From a virus: DNA of 55,901 nucleotides. The stretch lies in IMG/VR virus record IMGVR_UViG_3300045988_171564, one strand, 5' to 3'. Of this stretch, positions 16,607 to 24,656 are shown one piece after another. Under the pieces are notes generated by a model. The model did no database searches, was not told the origin of the DNA, and saw nothing but the letters and a program-made list of their open reading frames with translations. A program made the position numbers and the translations under genes. Every line of letters begins with the position of its first letter. The stretch's first letter is position 1.

Positions 16607-16745
16607 TATGCCTGTTATGCTTATTATGTCGATTAAATAACAGACATAGCGTATTGACATTATACCCATTATCGGTGTATCATAATGAGCATAAATTATG
16701 CCCATTATATATATGGCATAACAGACATAACGCACATAATCGGAG
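16606..16745. repeat. CATAAC-type 9-bp repeat arrays flanking the parA promoter (candidate centromere/operator)
   Basis: Left arm is inverted: ttatgcctgttatgc / ttattatgtcg / ataacagacata. Right arm is CATAACAGA-CATAACGCA-CATAATCGG plus cataatgagcataa. Confidence 0.65.
16654..16683 (+). promoter_or_regulatory. Candidate parA promoter
   Basis: TTGACA (16654-16659), 18-nt spacer, TATCAT (16678-16683), embedded in the repeat arrays. Confidence 0.5.
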
Positions 16746-16755
16746 CGTGAGAGAC

Positions 16756-17514
16756 ATGAGAACCATCGTAATAGCAAATCAGAAGGGCGGCGTGGGCAAA
16801 ACCACGACCGCACACGCGATGATCGCAGGGCTTGCCAAGCGCGGCTTCAGCGTGCTGGGCATTGACCTTGACCCACAAGGCAATTTATCGTCCGCGTGCG
16901 GCGCGGATCAGTACGACGGGCCCACGACGTATGAAGTGTTGACCGGCAAGGCAAGTGTATCCAGCGCGATTCAAGAATTGGGCAAACCGCGCTATAAGCT
17001 CTTAGCGGCCAATATAATGCTTGCAAGTGCCGAACAGGAACTAACACAGGTGGGCAAGGAATATCGCCTTAGAGAGGCGCTGACGGGCTTACAGGGCATT
17101 GATTACGTGATAGTTGATACGCCGCCGTCGCTGGGCATACTGACCGTCAACGCCTTTACCGCCGCGAACTGCGTAATCATACCCACTACGGCGGGCGTGT
17201 TCGCCGCAACCGGCATAGACCAGCTCAACATTACCATTGGCAACGTGCGCAAGTATTGCAACCCCGGACTGTATATCGCGGGCATACTGTTTACCCGATA
17301 CAACGCGCGCACGAACGTTGGTCGTCAGATAAGGACGCTGACAGAGCAGCTAGGCGAGCGCATATCCGCGCCGACTTACCACACCTGCATCCGTTCGGCG
17401 GTAGCGGTGGAAGAAGCGCAAATCAGCCGGGAGGATATATTTACCTATGCGGCAAGTTCGACCGTCGCCGCCGACTATAACGACTTTCTGAAGGAGTTCT
17501 TGGAAAATGGCTAA
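16756..17514 (+). CDS. parA: ParA/Soj-family partition ATPase
   Basis: Deviant Walker A in IANQKGGVGKTTTAHA, and DYVIVDTPPSLG. The upstream part of the 16588 ORF is repeat DNA, so ATG 16756 is taken as the start. Confidence 0.85.
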   Translation: MRTIVIANQKGGVGKTTTAHAMIAGLAKRGFSVLGIDLDPQGNLSSACGADQYDGPTTYEVLTGKASVSSAIQELGKPRYKLLAANIMLASAEQELTQVGKEYRLREALTGLQGIDYVIVDTPPSLGILTVNAFTAANCVIIPTTAGVFAATGIDQLNITIGNVRKYCNPGLYIAGILFTRYNARTNVGRQIRTLTEQLGERISAPTYHTCIRSAVAVEEAQISREDIFTYAASSTVAADYNDFLKEFLENG

Positions 17515-17788
17515 AAAGGCATTTGATACGGACAGGCTGTATGGCAATTTTATGAGCGTCAAGGAACGGGATGAGCAGGAAGAGCCCGCACGCAAGAGCA
17601 GTGCAAAAAGGCGCGTATGCTTTGCCGTGCCCGCCGACGTGTACGCCGACGCGCAGAAGATAGCGCAGGTAAGGCTCACCAGTGTAAGTGAGATCGTGTC
17701 GAGACTGCTGACCGAATACGTTGCCCGGAATCGGGAAGCGCTTGCAGAGTACGACACCTTAAAGGCCAAAAGTCAAGAAAAGAGCTAA
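17507..17788 (+). CDS. ParG-like ribbon-helix-helix partition/centromere-binding protein
   Basis: Overlaps the parA stop. RRVCFAVPADVYADAQKIAQVRLTSVSEIVSRLL fits an RHH (beta-alpha-alpha) pattern, preceded by a basic flexible N-terminus. Confidence 0.6.
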   Translation: MAKKAFDTDRLYGNFMSVKERDEQEEPARKSSAKRRVCFAVPADVYADAQKIAQVRLTSVSEIVSRLLTEYVARNREALAEYDTLKAKSQEKS

Positions 17789-17872
17789 GACAAAAGTGAA
17801 GAACGTAAGAAAAAAGCTAAGACCATTTTGTTGACCCCACCAAAACGGCAGACCATTTTTCCGAGGCCGGAA

Positions 17873-17905
17873 AAAAGCCCCCAGAATCGCTTCTGAGGGC
17901 TTTTG
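17873..17905. terminator. Hairpin terminator after the par operon
   Basis: AAAAGCCC-CCAGA..TCTGA-GGGCTTTT. A- and T-runs on both sides make it potentially bidirectional. Confidence 0.6.
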
Positions 17906-18497
17906 CTTTGCAGACTAGCAAATATGCGTCTGCCCCGCAAAAACGCCTTAGAAGTCAAATGCGGGGCTTACAGAGGCATCGTAGCATATGCGAACTTGTT
18001 GACATCCAAAAACATGCTTAAAAGGGCACAAAAAAGAGCTTACGGCCATTGCTCGAAGCAAGGCGGTAAACTCTTTTTTTGTGCCTGGGATAATGCTATT
18101 TCAATCCACGCTGGCCTTGCGGCCAGTGACATTGGCGTTGCCGCCTTTGACAATCGGACAGCTTATTCTGAGTCACCCCTGCTAATGCGGGGAAAATGCA
18201 CACCAGACACAGCGGTATCACTGTTCGACTGCTTATACATGATAGCACGCCATGATGCTTTTGTCAAACACAAAAACAGCCCGGAGAGGTTGACGGAAAC
18301 CCCTCCGGACTGCCCTCATGCGAAAGATAGGCAACCATGTCGCGTAATGATTATACCACATTCGCAGGAAGGTGTCAATACGGGAATGCCCCTCAGAGGC
18401 TCTAAAATCGATTCTAAGCGGTTTTTGTGGGGTGGAGTAGTAAATACACCACTTTGGGCGGAAAACGCCTTAGAATCAATTCTCGGGCGTTATAGCG
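17906..18497. other. About 600 nt of hairpin-rich, apparently non-coding DNA between the par and rep genes
   Basis: Several long inverted repeats, e.g. GGCACAAAAAAGAG..CTCTTTTTTTGTGCC (18025-18086), CTGGCCTTGCGGCCAG and GCCCCGC..GCGGGGC. Direct repeat AAAACGCCTTAGAA at both ends. The only long ORF (17903..18535) lacks an SD and a plausible composition. Confidence 0.5.
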
Positions 18498-19274
18498 CTA
18501 TCCGAGTTTATTCACTCGTTTGTAGTGCGCCATAGTCGCCTGCAATCGGGAGGGCGCGTTGATTACGAACTCCACACTCTCTATGCTTCTGCCGCCATTT
18601 CTGCGTGGCTCATAGTCTATGTGTATGTCATCGCATCGTTCGTTTATTTCCGAGATTGCGTCTCGTAATACCCTTCTGTCAAAGTCTGCCCAGCGTGGGT
18701 AATTTGCCACACATAGAACGTTTCTAAGCTCGTCGAGAGAGTATTTCACGATTTGAGTTTGATGGGTTTCAAGCTGCTTTTGGGTAACATGAGAACGCAA
18801 TATCTCGTAAAGCCTTATTGCGTATCTGTTTCCAAACACGAGCACGTTTTGCAATTTGTACTGCGTGTAGTTTTGCCTTAGGCCAAAAAGAAACGGCTCC
18901 ATATGCGGGTTGAATCTAATCTCAACTTTGGAACTGTTGTAATTTATCTTACAGTCGCCGATCCATGACATTGTTTGCTCCGTGCCATCTGGCATAGTGC
19001 ACCATTCGCGCCTTGTCAGTGCGTTGAGATTGTCTTTTAACGAGCGATAATAATATCCGCCATCTTCGTAAGCGAATCCACAAGCCCTGCAAAACTCATC
19101 AAGGTTGATTGTGTATACGGTGTTGGAAGTATCGTCGGGTTTTATCTTGGATATGGCAAACAAAACGATTTTCTGCTGCTGGGTTGTGAGACTATATCGC
19201 GAACGTCTTATAAGCTCGTTGGCTTTTACAACATATTGTTCTCTGTCCATAACCGTTTTTTTGCTGCTTGCCAT
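18498..19274 (-). CDS. rep: Rep_3/RepB-type plasmid replication initiator
   Basis: N-term VVKANELIRRSRYSLTTQQQKIVLFAISKIKPDD is typical of iteron-binding Rep_3 initiators. Iterons lie upstream. Confidence 0.8.
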   Translation of the reverse strand: MASSKKTVMDREQYVVKANELIRRSRYSLTTQQQKIVLFAISKIKPDDTSNTVYTINLDEFCRACGFAYEDGGYYYRSLKDNLNALTRREWCTMPDGTEQTMSWIGDCKINYNSSKVEIRFNPHMEPFLFGLRQNYTQYKLQNVLVFGNRYAIRLYEILRSHVTQKQLETHQTQIVKYSLDELRNVLCVANYPRWADFDRRVLRDAISEINERCDDIHIDYEPRRNGGRSIESVEFVINAPSRLQATMAHYKRVNKLG

Positions 19275-19300
19275 TGTATTCCCCTCCCTTGCTTTCGGGT

Positions 19301-19330
19301 ATTATACCATGCTTTGCCTTAAGGTGTCAA
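19301..19330 (-). promoter_or_regulatory. Candidate rep promoter
   Basis: Minus strand reads TTGACA (19330-19325), 18-nt spacer, TATAAT (19306-19301), then SD AAGGGAGGGG. GTCACTTTT half-iterons lie just upstream at about 19349 and 19376. Confidence 0.65.
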
Positions 19331-19575
19331 CGGTGAGTTCGCATTGTCACTTTTACACCTTTGAACGATTTTTCGTCGTCACTTTTTTCGTCATCTTGAA
19401 ATCCGTTTTTCGCGCGCGCGCGTGCGTATTACTTCCCATATGTAGTTACTTCTAAAATACTTTAGGTAACCCTGATGTATAGTAGCTTAATATAGTATAA
19501 GACTGTATCTAGATACTATACTTCTTTACTTAGAGCAAAAAAAAGCCCGAAAAATGGGCACTTTAAGGCATTTGA

Positions 19576-19728
19576 GTGACAGTTTTCTCCCCCGGAAGTG
19601 ACACTTTTCTCCGTCTCAATGGTGACACTTTCCTCCGTGGTTCGGTGACACTTTTCTCCGTTAGAGTGACACTTTTCTCCGTCTCAATGGTGACACTTTC
19701 CTCCGTGGTTCGGTGACACTTTTCTCCG
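19576..19728. repeat. Seven direct iterons GTGACAC(T)TTTCTCCG at 21-24 bp spacing (plasmid origin)
   Basis: Copies start at 19576, 19598, 19622, 19645, 19666, 19690 and 19713. The 68-bp unit 19598-19665 is duplicated at 19666-19733. Confidence 0.9.
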
Positions 19729-19812
19729 TGCTTCATCGGCTTAACTATGTACTTTTTTTCCGGGGAATCGAACCCACTCGCGCGAATGAATAAACAGCGA
19801 TTTAAAATTAAA

Positions 19813-19873
19813 GTGAGAAAAGGTGCGCATTAAGGTGAGAAATGGTGCGCATTGGGTGAGAAATGGTGCGCAC
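19813..19873. repeat. Three inverted-orientation iteron-like repeats GTGAGAAA(A/T)GGTGCGCA
   Basis: Copies start at 19813, 19835 and 19856. GAGAAAAGGTG resembles the reverse complement of the iteron core (GGAGAAAAGTGTCAC). Confidence 0.75.
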
Positions 19874-19948
19874 TTTTTGCCCCCAAAACGCGCGGAAACA
19901 CCTTCAAACCGCAAAAACGCGAACATTTGTGTCAATTCCGTGCACAGC

Positions 19949-20000
19949 TTATCAACATAAAACGCAGAGTTATCAACCGCTTTTCAACAGATTATGCACA
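19949..20000. promoter_or_regulatory. Cluster of DnaA-box-like 9-mers next to the iterons
   Basis: TTATCAACA (19949), TTATCAACC (19970), TTTTCAACA (19981) and TTATGCACA (19992), compared with consensus TTATNCACA. Confidence 0.55.
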
Positions 20001-20126
20001 AGCAAAATTGCTATCAAAAGGCTAAAAAGCTGCGGCTCCAAAATAAATTTAGTAATCGCTGGAATACGTCGACACATAACAGCATATATAATATTACACG
20101 ATAATTAACGAAAGGAGGGCTTTGAA

Positions 20127-20315
20127 GTGAAGCATCACGGCAGTAAACCCAGATATGCGGGATGTTATTACGACACAATAAACGCGCCGGAATTTGACCA
20201 TCTGTGCGCAATAGTCGATATTACGAGGCGTGCCGTATATATCAACCGCGCGGCCAAACCCGGCGCGAATCTTATTCAGCTAATTGCAAGGCGTGCAGAC
20301 GGAGACGATGGTTAG
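20127..20315 (+). CDS. Possible small protein (62 aa)
   Basis: GTG start about 7 nt after AGGAGG. No recognisable motif. Converges on the minus-strand gene 20312..20569. Confidence 0.35.
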   Translation: MKHHGSKPRYAGCYYDTINAPEFDHLCAIVDITRRAVYINRAAKPGANLIQLIARRADGDDG

Positions 20316-20569
20316 TCATCGCCGCTAGCGCCCATAATGTCATCAAGCCAGCAGCGCAAGCGCCACTTGATGTAAATCATACTGGGGCAAGCCTTTAACC
20401 ACATGGGTATGTACTTGCTGTCGCGCCACGACTTTTTACCCTCGCTTTCGGCGGCAATGTCCTCAGCTATGGCCTTTTCGCGCTCGACGCGCATTTCGTC
20501 CCAGTAGTTCCAGCTTCTTGTTTCGGTCGTGACCTTATTTTCTCCAAGCGGTATGTCATTCAGCGACAT
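20312..20569 (-). CDS. Hypothetical protein (85 aa)
   Basis: ATG at 20569 follows GGGAGGTG. The longer 20632 start would include the terminator hairpin. Confidence 0.55.
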   Translation of the reverse strand: MSLNDIPLGENKVTTETRSWNYWDEMRVEREKAIAEDIAAESEGKKSWRDSKYIPMWLKACPSMIYIKWRLRCWLDDIMGASGDD

Positions 20570-20591
20570 GGTGGCACCTCCCAAATATACA

Positions 20592-20620
20592 GCAAAACGG
20601 GACGTTTTTACACGTCCCGT
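20592..20620 (-). terminator. Rho-independent terminator downstream of the repressor gene
   Basis: Perfect 9-bp stem ACGGGACGT/ACGTCCCGT followed by TTTTG on the minus strand. Confidence 0.65.
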
Positions 20621-20831
20621 CTTACCTATCACAGGGCCCCCTCAGTAATGGGGACGAATGTTGAAACGACGCTTGATCTTTCGCACCATGTACCCAGGTG
20701 CCATGTCAGACTTTGAAATACTTTGTTTGGTATGTGTTATAATATCTCTCGTATTGATTGCAATCGAACTCGGTTGCAAGATCGGCAACTCGAACAAGCG
20801 GCAAAAGCGAAGCTGTCATTTCACTCATTTA

Positions 20832-21311
20832 TTATGCACCCGAACGAGTGCCTTTGTCAAGAGATTTGTGCAACTTTTCCGACTGCGCAATTTGTTCGTC
20901 TACCTCGCCGTTGTCCAGGTGGTCGGGGAGCTGTCCGGCGGTCGAACATCTTTCGTATTCCAACTCAAGGACGGTATTAACAAGCTTCTTGCCGTGCTCA
21001 TCAAGCGTGCGAAGCTTAGTCAACGTGCTATATTCATCGGCTGATATGGACACGACCATGTTCATCTTCACTGATGCTTGTATCGCGTTTGCAGCGGCAA
21101 GCGCTTCCTCGTTGGTCTGCATAAAGAAGCAATCCAGTGACACGCCTAAGTAATCAGCAATACGTGCCAGCGTATCCATATCCATCTTGTCGCTGTCACG
21201 CTGAATCAAGCTGTACAGTGTCGTCTTATTTAGCCCTAAATCATTGGCTAATGTAGCAACTCTCACTCCTTTCATATCTAAGATAGTCTTCAACTTACTT
21301 CCAAGCCCCAT
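20832..21311 (-). CDS. CI-like XRE-family HTH repressor (alternative start 21317)
   Basis: GLGSKLKTILDMKGVRVATLANDLGLNKTTLYSLIQ HTH. SD GAAGGAGG. Divergent from the cro-like gene. No S24 peptidase motif in the C-terminal half. Confidence 0.75.
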   Translation of the reverse strand: MGLGSKLKTILDMKGVRVATLANDLGLNKTTLYSLIQRDSDKMDMDTLARIADYLGVSLDCFFMQTNEEALAAANAIQASVKMNMVVSISADEYSTLTKLRTLDEHGKKLVNTVLELEYERCSTAGQLPDHLDNGEVDEQIAQSEKLHKSLDKGTRSGA

Positions 21312-21343
21312 TGGCATTACCTCCTTCACGATATATTGTACCA

Positions 21344-21413
21344 CACTTTTGCGTACAAGTAAATAGAAAAGTATGCAAAAGTAGAAAAAACTATTGACAA
21401 GTACGCAAAAGTG
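21344..21413. promoter_or_regulatory. Three operator-like sites in the divergent immunity promoter region
   Basis: CACTTTTGCGTAC (21344-21356), GTATGCAAAAGT (21371-21382) and GTACGCAAAAGTG (21401-21413). The outer two are exact inverted copies. Confidence 0.7.
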
Positions 21414-21422
21414 TGATATAGT
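21394..21422 (+). promoter_or_regulatory. Early rightward promoter
   Basis: TTGACA (21394-21399), 17-nt spacer, TATAGT (21417-21422). The spacer contains operator 3. Confidence 0.7.
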
Positions 21423-21477
21423 GAACGCACGGACTAGAAAAATACGCGATTGCGTAAGAAAAGAGGCATTGCACTAC

Positions 21478-21714
21478 ATGGTCTACACGAATCTAAAGAT
21501 GCTCATGGCCGCAAAGTCGGTGAGCATTGATTCTATTGCGACGTTGCTTAATGTACATCGCAATACAGTTGCCAACAAGATCAACGGCGAAAGCGCATTT
21601 GATTTTGACCAAGCCATGACGATTGCGTCAACGTTTTTCCCAGAGTATCGACCAACTTACATTTTTAAGCGCTTTGCAGCGCAGCAGACCGAATCTGACG
21701 CAAACCCATCATAA
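21478..21714 (+). CDS. Cro-like XRE HTH regulator
   Basis: SVSIDSIATLLNVHRNTVANKINGES HTH. First gene of the rightward operon. Confidence 0.65.
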   Translation: MVYTNLKMLMAAKSVSIDSIATLLNVHRNTVANKINGESAFDFDQAMTIASTFFPEYRPTYIFKRFAAQQTESDANPS

Positions 21715-21730
21715 ATAATAGGAGGACACC

Positions 21731-22495
21731 ATGAACGAACTCAAGACTTTTCAGAACCCGAAATTCGGAACGATAAGAACCACGACCATCAACGGTGAAC
21801 CGTGGTTCGTGGCGGTTGACGTGTGCAAGGCGTTGGAGATACAGAATAATCGCGATGCTATTTCGCGGTTGGATGATGATGAGAAGAATACCGTAGTTTT
21901 AACCGACGGTAATCGAGGGAACCCGAACATGACCATCGTCAACGAACCCGGCCTTTACGCTTTGGTTCTTAGCAGCCGCAAGCCGGAGGCGAAAGCATTC
22001 AAACGCTGGATAACGCACGACGTAATCCCCACCATCCGCAAGCACGGCGCATACATGACGCCGGAGAAGGTAGAAGAAATCCTGCTGAACCCGGACACGA
22101 TAATCAAGCTGGCGACGGATCTGAAAGAAGAGCGCGAGCGCACGGCGGCACTGAACGCCAAGATAAAGGCGGATAAGCCCTACACGGAGTTTGGCGCGGC
22201 GATAGCGGCCAACAGCGACGCGATACTGGTAAGGGACTTTGCAAAGCTGCTTCACAACGACGGCATTAAGATGGGTGAGAAGCGGCTGTACAAGTGGCTG
22301 AGGGAGAATGGATTCCTGATGCAGACCGCGCCCACGAAGCCGTATCAAAAGTATGTGGATATGGGATGGTTCAGAGTTGATGAAAGGTCAATAAGCACGG
22401 TGCAGGGGCAGATGATAGTGAGCACGACCAAGATAACCGGCAAAGGGCAGATGGGACTGCTGAGTGCGCTTAGGGCTAGCCGGGGAGGGAATTAA
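21731..22495 (+). CDS. Antirepressor (Bro-N domain plus KilAC-like C-terminal domain)
   Basis: FGTIRTTTINGEPWFVAVDVCKALEI..RDAISRLDDDEK is Bro-N-like. The C-terminal half ILVRDFAKLLHNDGIKMGEKRLYKWLRENGFL is KilAC-like. Confidence 0.75.
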   Translation: MNELKTFQNPKFGTIRTTTINGEPWFVAVDVCKALEIQNNRDAISRLDDDEKNTVVLTDGNRGNPNMTIVNEPGLYALVLSSRKPEAKAFKRWITHDVIPTIRKHGAYMTPEKVEEILLNPDTIIKLATDLKEERERTAALNAKIKADKPYTEFGAAIAANSDAILVRDFAKLLHNDGIKMGEKRLYKWLRENGFLMQTAPTKPYQKYVDMGWFRVDERSISTVQGQMIVSTTKITGKGQMGLLSALRASRGGN

Positions 22496-22499
22496 AGAG

Positions 22500-23363
22500 A
22501 TGGACGAAGTGAGCGAAGGCGTAAGAGGTTATAAGGTTTTCAAGTCCGATTGGACTTGCCAAGGCAAGCAGTATACTTGTCCGGGCAAATTTGAAGAAAA
22601 CGTTAAGCTGTTGATCTGCTCACGTGGTATACACTTTTGCAAGAAAGCGGTGGATTGCTTTAATTATTACGATTTTGACCCCGATTTCCACGTTGCTGAG
22701 GTAGTTGCGTATGGGCGAGTGGTAGAGCGAGACGATAAATGCGTGACGGACAAATTAGAAATCGTGCGCGAAATTTCATGGCATGAGGTGCTTGACTTAA
22801 CGAACACCGGCAACAATTGCACGGGATTTAAGAATAGCGGCGATGAAAATAGTGGCAATTTGAATAGCGGCAATAGAAATAGTGGCCATGGAAATAGTGG
22901 TCATGGAAATAGCGGCAATTTGAATAGCGGCGATGTGAATAGTGGCGATAGAAATAGTGGCAATAGAAACAGTGGCGACTGGAATAAATGCAGCAACTCC
23001 AACGGCTGTTTCAATACAATTCCGCAGCAAACGATCTACATGTTTAACAAGCCGTCCAACTGGAGCTATGCCGATTGGCTTACCAGCCGTGCAGCTTTTA
23101 TTCTTTCTGCTGCACCGTGTAGCAGAACTAAATGGGTCGCGCTGTCCGCAATGACAGACGTTGAAAAGACGGAACATCCCGAAGCCGTGACTGTGGGGGG
23201 CTTCTTACGCAAAGTCGAAGTAAGTGCAGCTGAGGTCAACCGATGGTGGCAAAGCTTGCCGAGCAATAGCAAAGAAGAGGTTCTGTCACTCCCTAACTTT
23301 GACAAGGCGATATTCAAGGAAATAACCGGCATAAATGTAGACGTTGAACGGATTTACGATTAG
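22500..23363 (+). CDS. Pentapeptide-repeat protein, paralog 1 (Cys-rich N-domain, about 10 NSGxx units, conserved C-domain)
   Basis: ATG 22500 follows GGGGAGGGA. NSGDENSGNLNSGNRNSGHGNSGHG... The C-domain CFNT..FNKPSNW..PNFDK.IFK.ITGI.VD matches 26008..26715. Confidence 0.75.
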   Translation: MDEVSEGVRGYKVFKSDWTCQGKQYTCPGKFEENVKLLICSRGIHFCKKAVDCFNYYDFDPDFHVAEVVAYGRVVERDDKCVTDKLEIVREISWHEVLDLTNTGNNCTGFKNSGDENSGNLNSGNRNSGHGNSGHGNSGNLNSGDVNSGDRNSGNRNSGDWNKCSNSNGCFNTIPQQTIYMFNKPSNWSYADWLTSRAAFILSAAPCSRTKWVALSAMTDVEKTEHPEAVTVGGFLRKVEVSAAEVNRWWQSLPSNSKEEVLSLPNFDKAIFKEITGINVDVERIYD

Positions 23364-23377
23364 GAGGTAAGGCAACC

Positions 23378-23614
23378 ATGCGAAACATATACAAAAGATG
23401 CCCGAAATGCGGGAAGTACTTTTGGGCGGCGTCGGAGTTTTTTAACCTGTGCCGCGACTGCTATGAAAAGCGGGACAACGAGCGCACGCTGAGAGCGACG
23501 AAGGAAGAAGTGGAAGCGCGCCGCAAGGCCTATCAGGTCAAGCGCGCAATACGGCACGGCGGGGACAAGCCCAGCAAGGCGCACAAGGGTGGCTGGGCGC
23601 GGCATGGGTGCTGA
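23378..23614 (+). CDS. Small Zn-ribbon protein
   Basis: CPKCGKYF...CRDCY plus a basic tail. Confidence 0.55.
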   Translation: MRNIYKRCPKCGKYFWAASEFFNLCRDCYEKRDNERTLRATKEEVEARRKAYQVKRAIRHGGDKPSKAHKGGWARHGC

Positions 23615-23632
23615 TGAACGGAGGAACAGAAA

Positions 23633-23890
23633 ATGAAAATGACAGCCAGCAGAATTGTGAAAACGCTCGGCGTGCAATATACAGTCGTCGAAAATGCAAT
23701 AATCAGAACATTTAATGCGCCCCACGTCAGGTATGGGGAAATGTATGAAATAGCTGACTTAAAACCGGCGTTGATGGAAGTCATTGAAGCGCAAATAGAT
23801 CGAAATCGGGCGCGCGTGGAGAAGTGGGAAAATGTGAAAGAACAGCTTGAAGCTTACGCTGAATCGACCGGCAGCGCAGGGACGGCATGA
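23633..23890 (+). CDS. Hypothetical protein
   Basis: 85-aa ORF, tightly packed in the operon. Confidence 0.5.
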   Translation: MKMTASRIVKTLGVQYTVVENAIIRTFNAPHVRYGEMYEIADLKPALMEVIEAQIDRNRARVEKWENVKEQLEAYAESTGSAGTA

Positions 23891-24132
23891 ACGCATTAAC
23901 CGAACTGAATATCCAGTACGAGGGGCTAAAGAACAAATGGGGACAGATGTACAGGACGCTGCACAAGTGCGATCCGCGCAATTTGTCCCCCAGCGAAGCG
24001 AAAGCGCTTCAGCGCGACATGAAGAACCAGTTTAACGCCTACATCAGGATGCAGACGGCGTTTGACTGGGAGCTGGTCAGAATATACGAAACCAAATCCG
24101 AATTGCTTAAGGCAATTATCGACGGCGACTGA
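23887..24132 (+). CDS. Hypothetical protein
   Basis: ATGA overlap with the upstream gene. 81 aa. Confidence 0.5.
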   Translation: MNALTELNIQYEGLKNKWGQMYRTLHKCDPRNLSPSEAKALQRDMKNQFNAYIRMQTAFDWELVRIYETKSELLKAIIDGD

Positions 24133-24147
24133 CGGAGGTACACACAA

Positions 24148-24402
24148 ATGATGCAGGCAATAACGAATGACGAAAAGTATAAGCCCGGCGTGGACATGAT
24201 AGCCGATAACCGCAATTTGAAGCAGCGCATAGACGCGCTGGAGGGCGAGAACGAAGCGCTCAAAAAGGACGTTGACTTCTACCGGCGGCTTTTTTACCGC
24301 CTGCTCGACATGTACGACACGGTGGAAAAGAAGTACGTAAGCGAGGTCAAGGCCTATGTGCATCTGTCTGCCATGCTGTACGAGGCGCAGGAGGTAGACT
24401 GA
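24148..24402 (+). CDS. Hypothetical coiled-coil protein
   Basis: 84 aa with a heptad-like NLKQRIDALEGENEALKKDV. Confidence 0.5.
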   Translation: MMQAITNDEKYKPGVDMIADNRNLKQRIDALEGENEALKKDVDFYRRLFYRLLDMYDTVEKKYVSEVKAYVHLSAMLYEAQEVD

Positions 24403-24656
24403 TGGCTGACAGCGTGTGGCGCAACTGCCCCAACGGCAGGAAAACGCCGTGTCAGCATTGCCGGAGGCGCGAGCCGGGCTGTCACGGCAGATGCGCGGAC
24501 TATCAGACGTTCCGAGCGGAATGCGACCGTCATATTGCCCTGCATCACGAAGATATGGAAGCCAGAACAATGACGGTTACGCGCAGGATTGCCCTTAATA
24601 GGCATTTGTACAGGAGCAAGGACGATGCGCGCAACAAAGGGAGGTCGGAACAGTGA
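24402..24656 (+). CDS. Hypothetical Cys-rich protein
   Basis: CPNGRKTPCQHCRRREPGCHGRC. 84 aa. Confidence 0.5.
   Translation: MADSVWRNCPNGRKTPCQHCRRREPGCHGRCADYQTFRAECDRHIALHHEDMEARTMTVTRRIALNRHLYRSKDDARNKGRSEQ

Noticed and set aside
17903-18535. 210-aa plus-strand ORF in the par-rep gap
   Set aside because: It has a non-ATG start and no SD before the internal ATG 17924. Its composition is rich in Cys, His, Arg and Trp. It overlaps the rep 3' end, and the region is dominated by long hairpins. It is treated as non-coding, with moderate certainty only.
20700-20831. Possible plus-strand extended -10 promoter (TGTTATAAT at about 20736) that would drive an RNA antisense to the repressor gene
   Set aside because: There is no acceptable -35 at the right spacing and no terminator or conserved structure downstream. 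The evidence is too weak to call.
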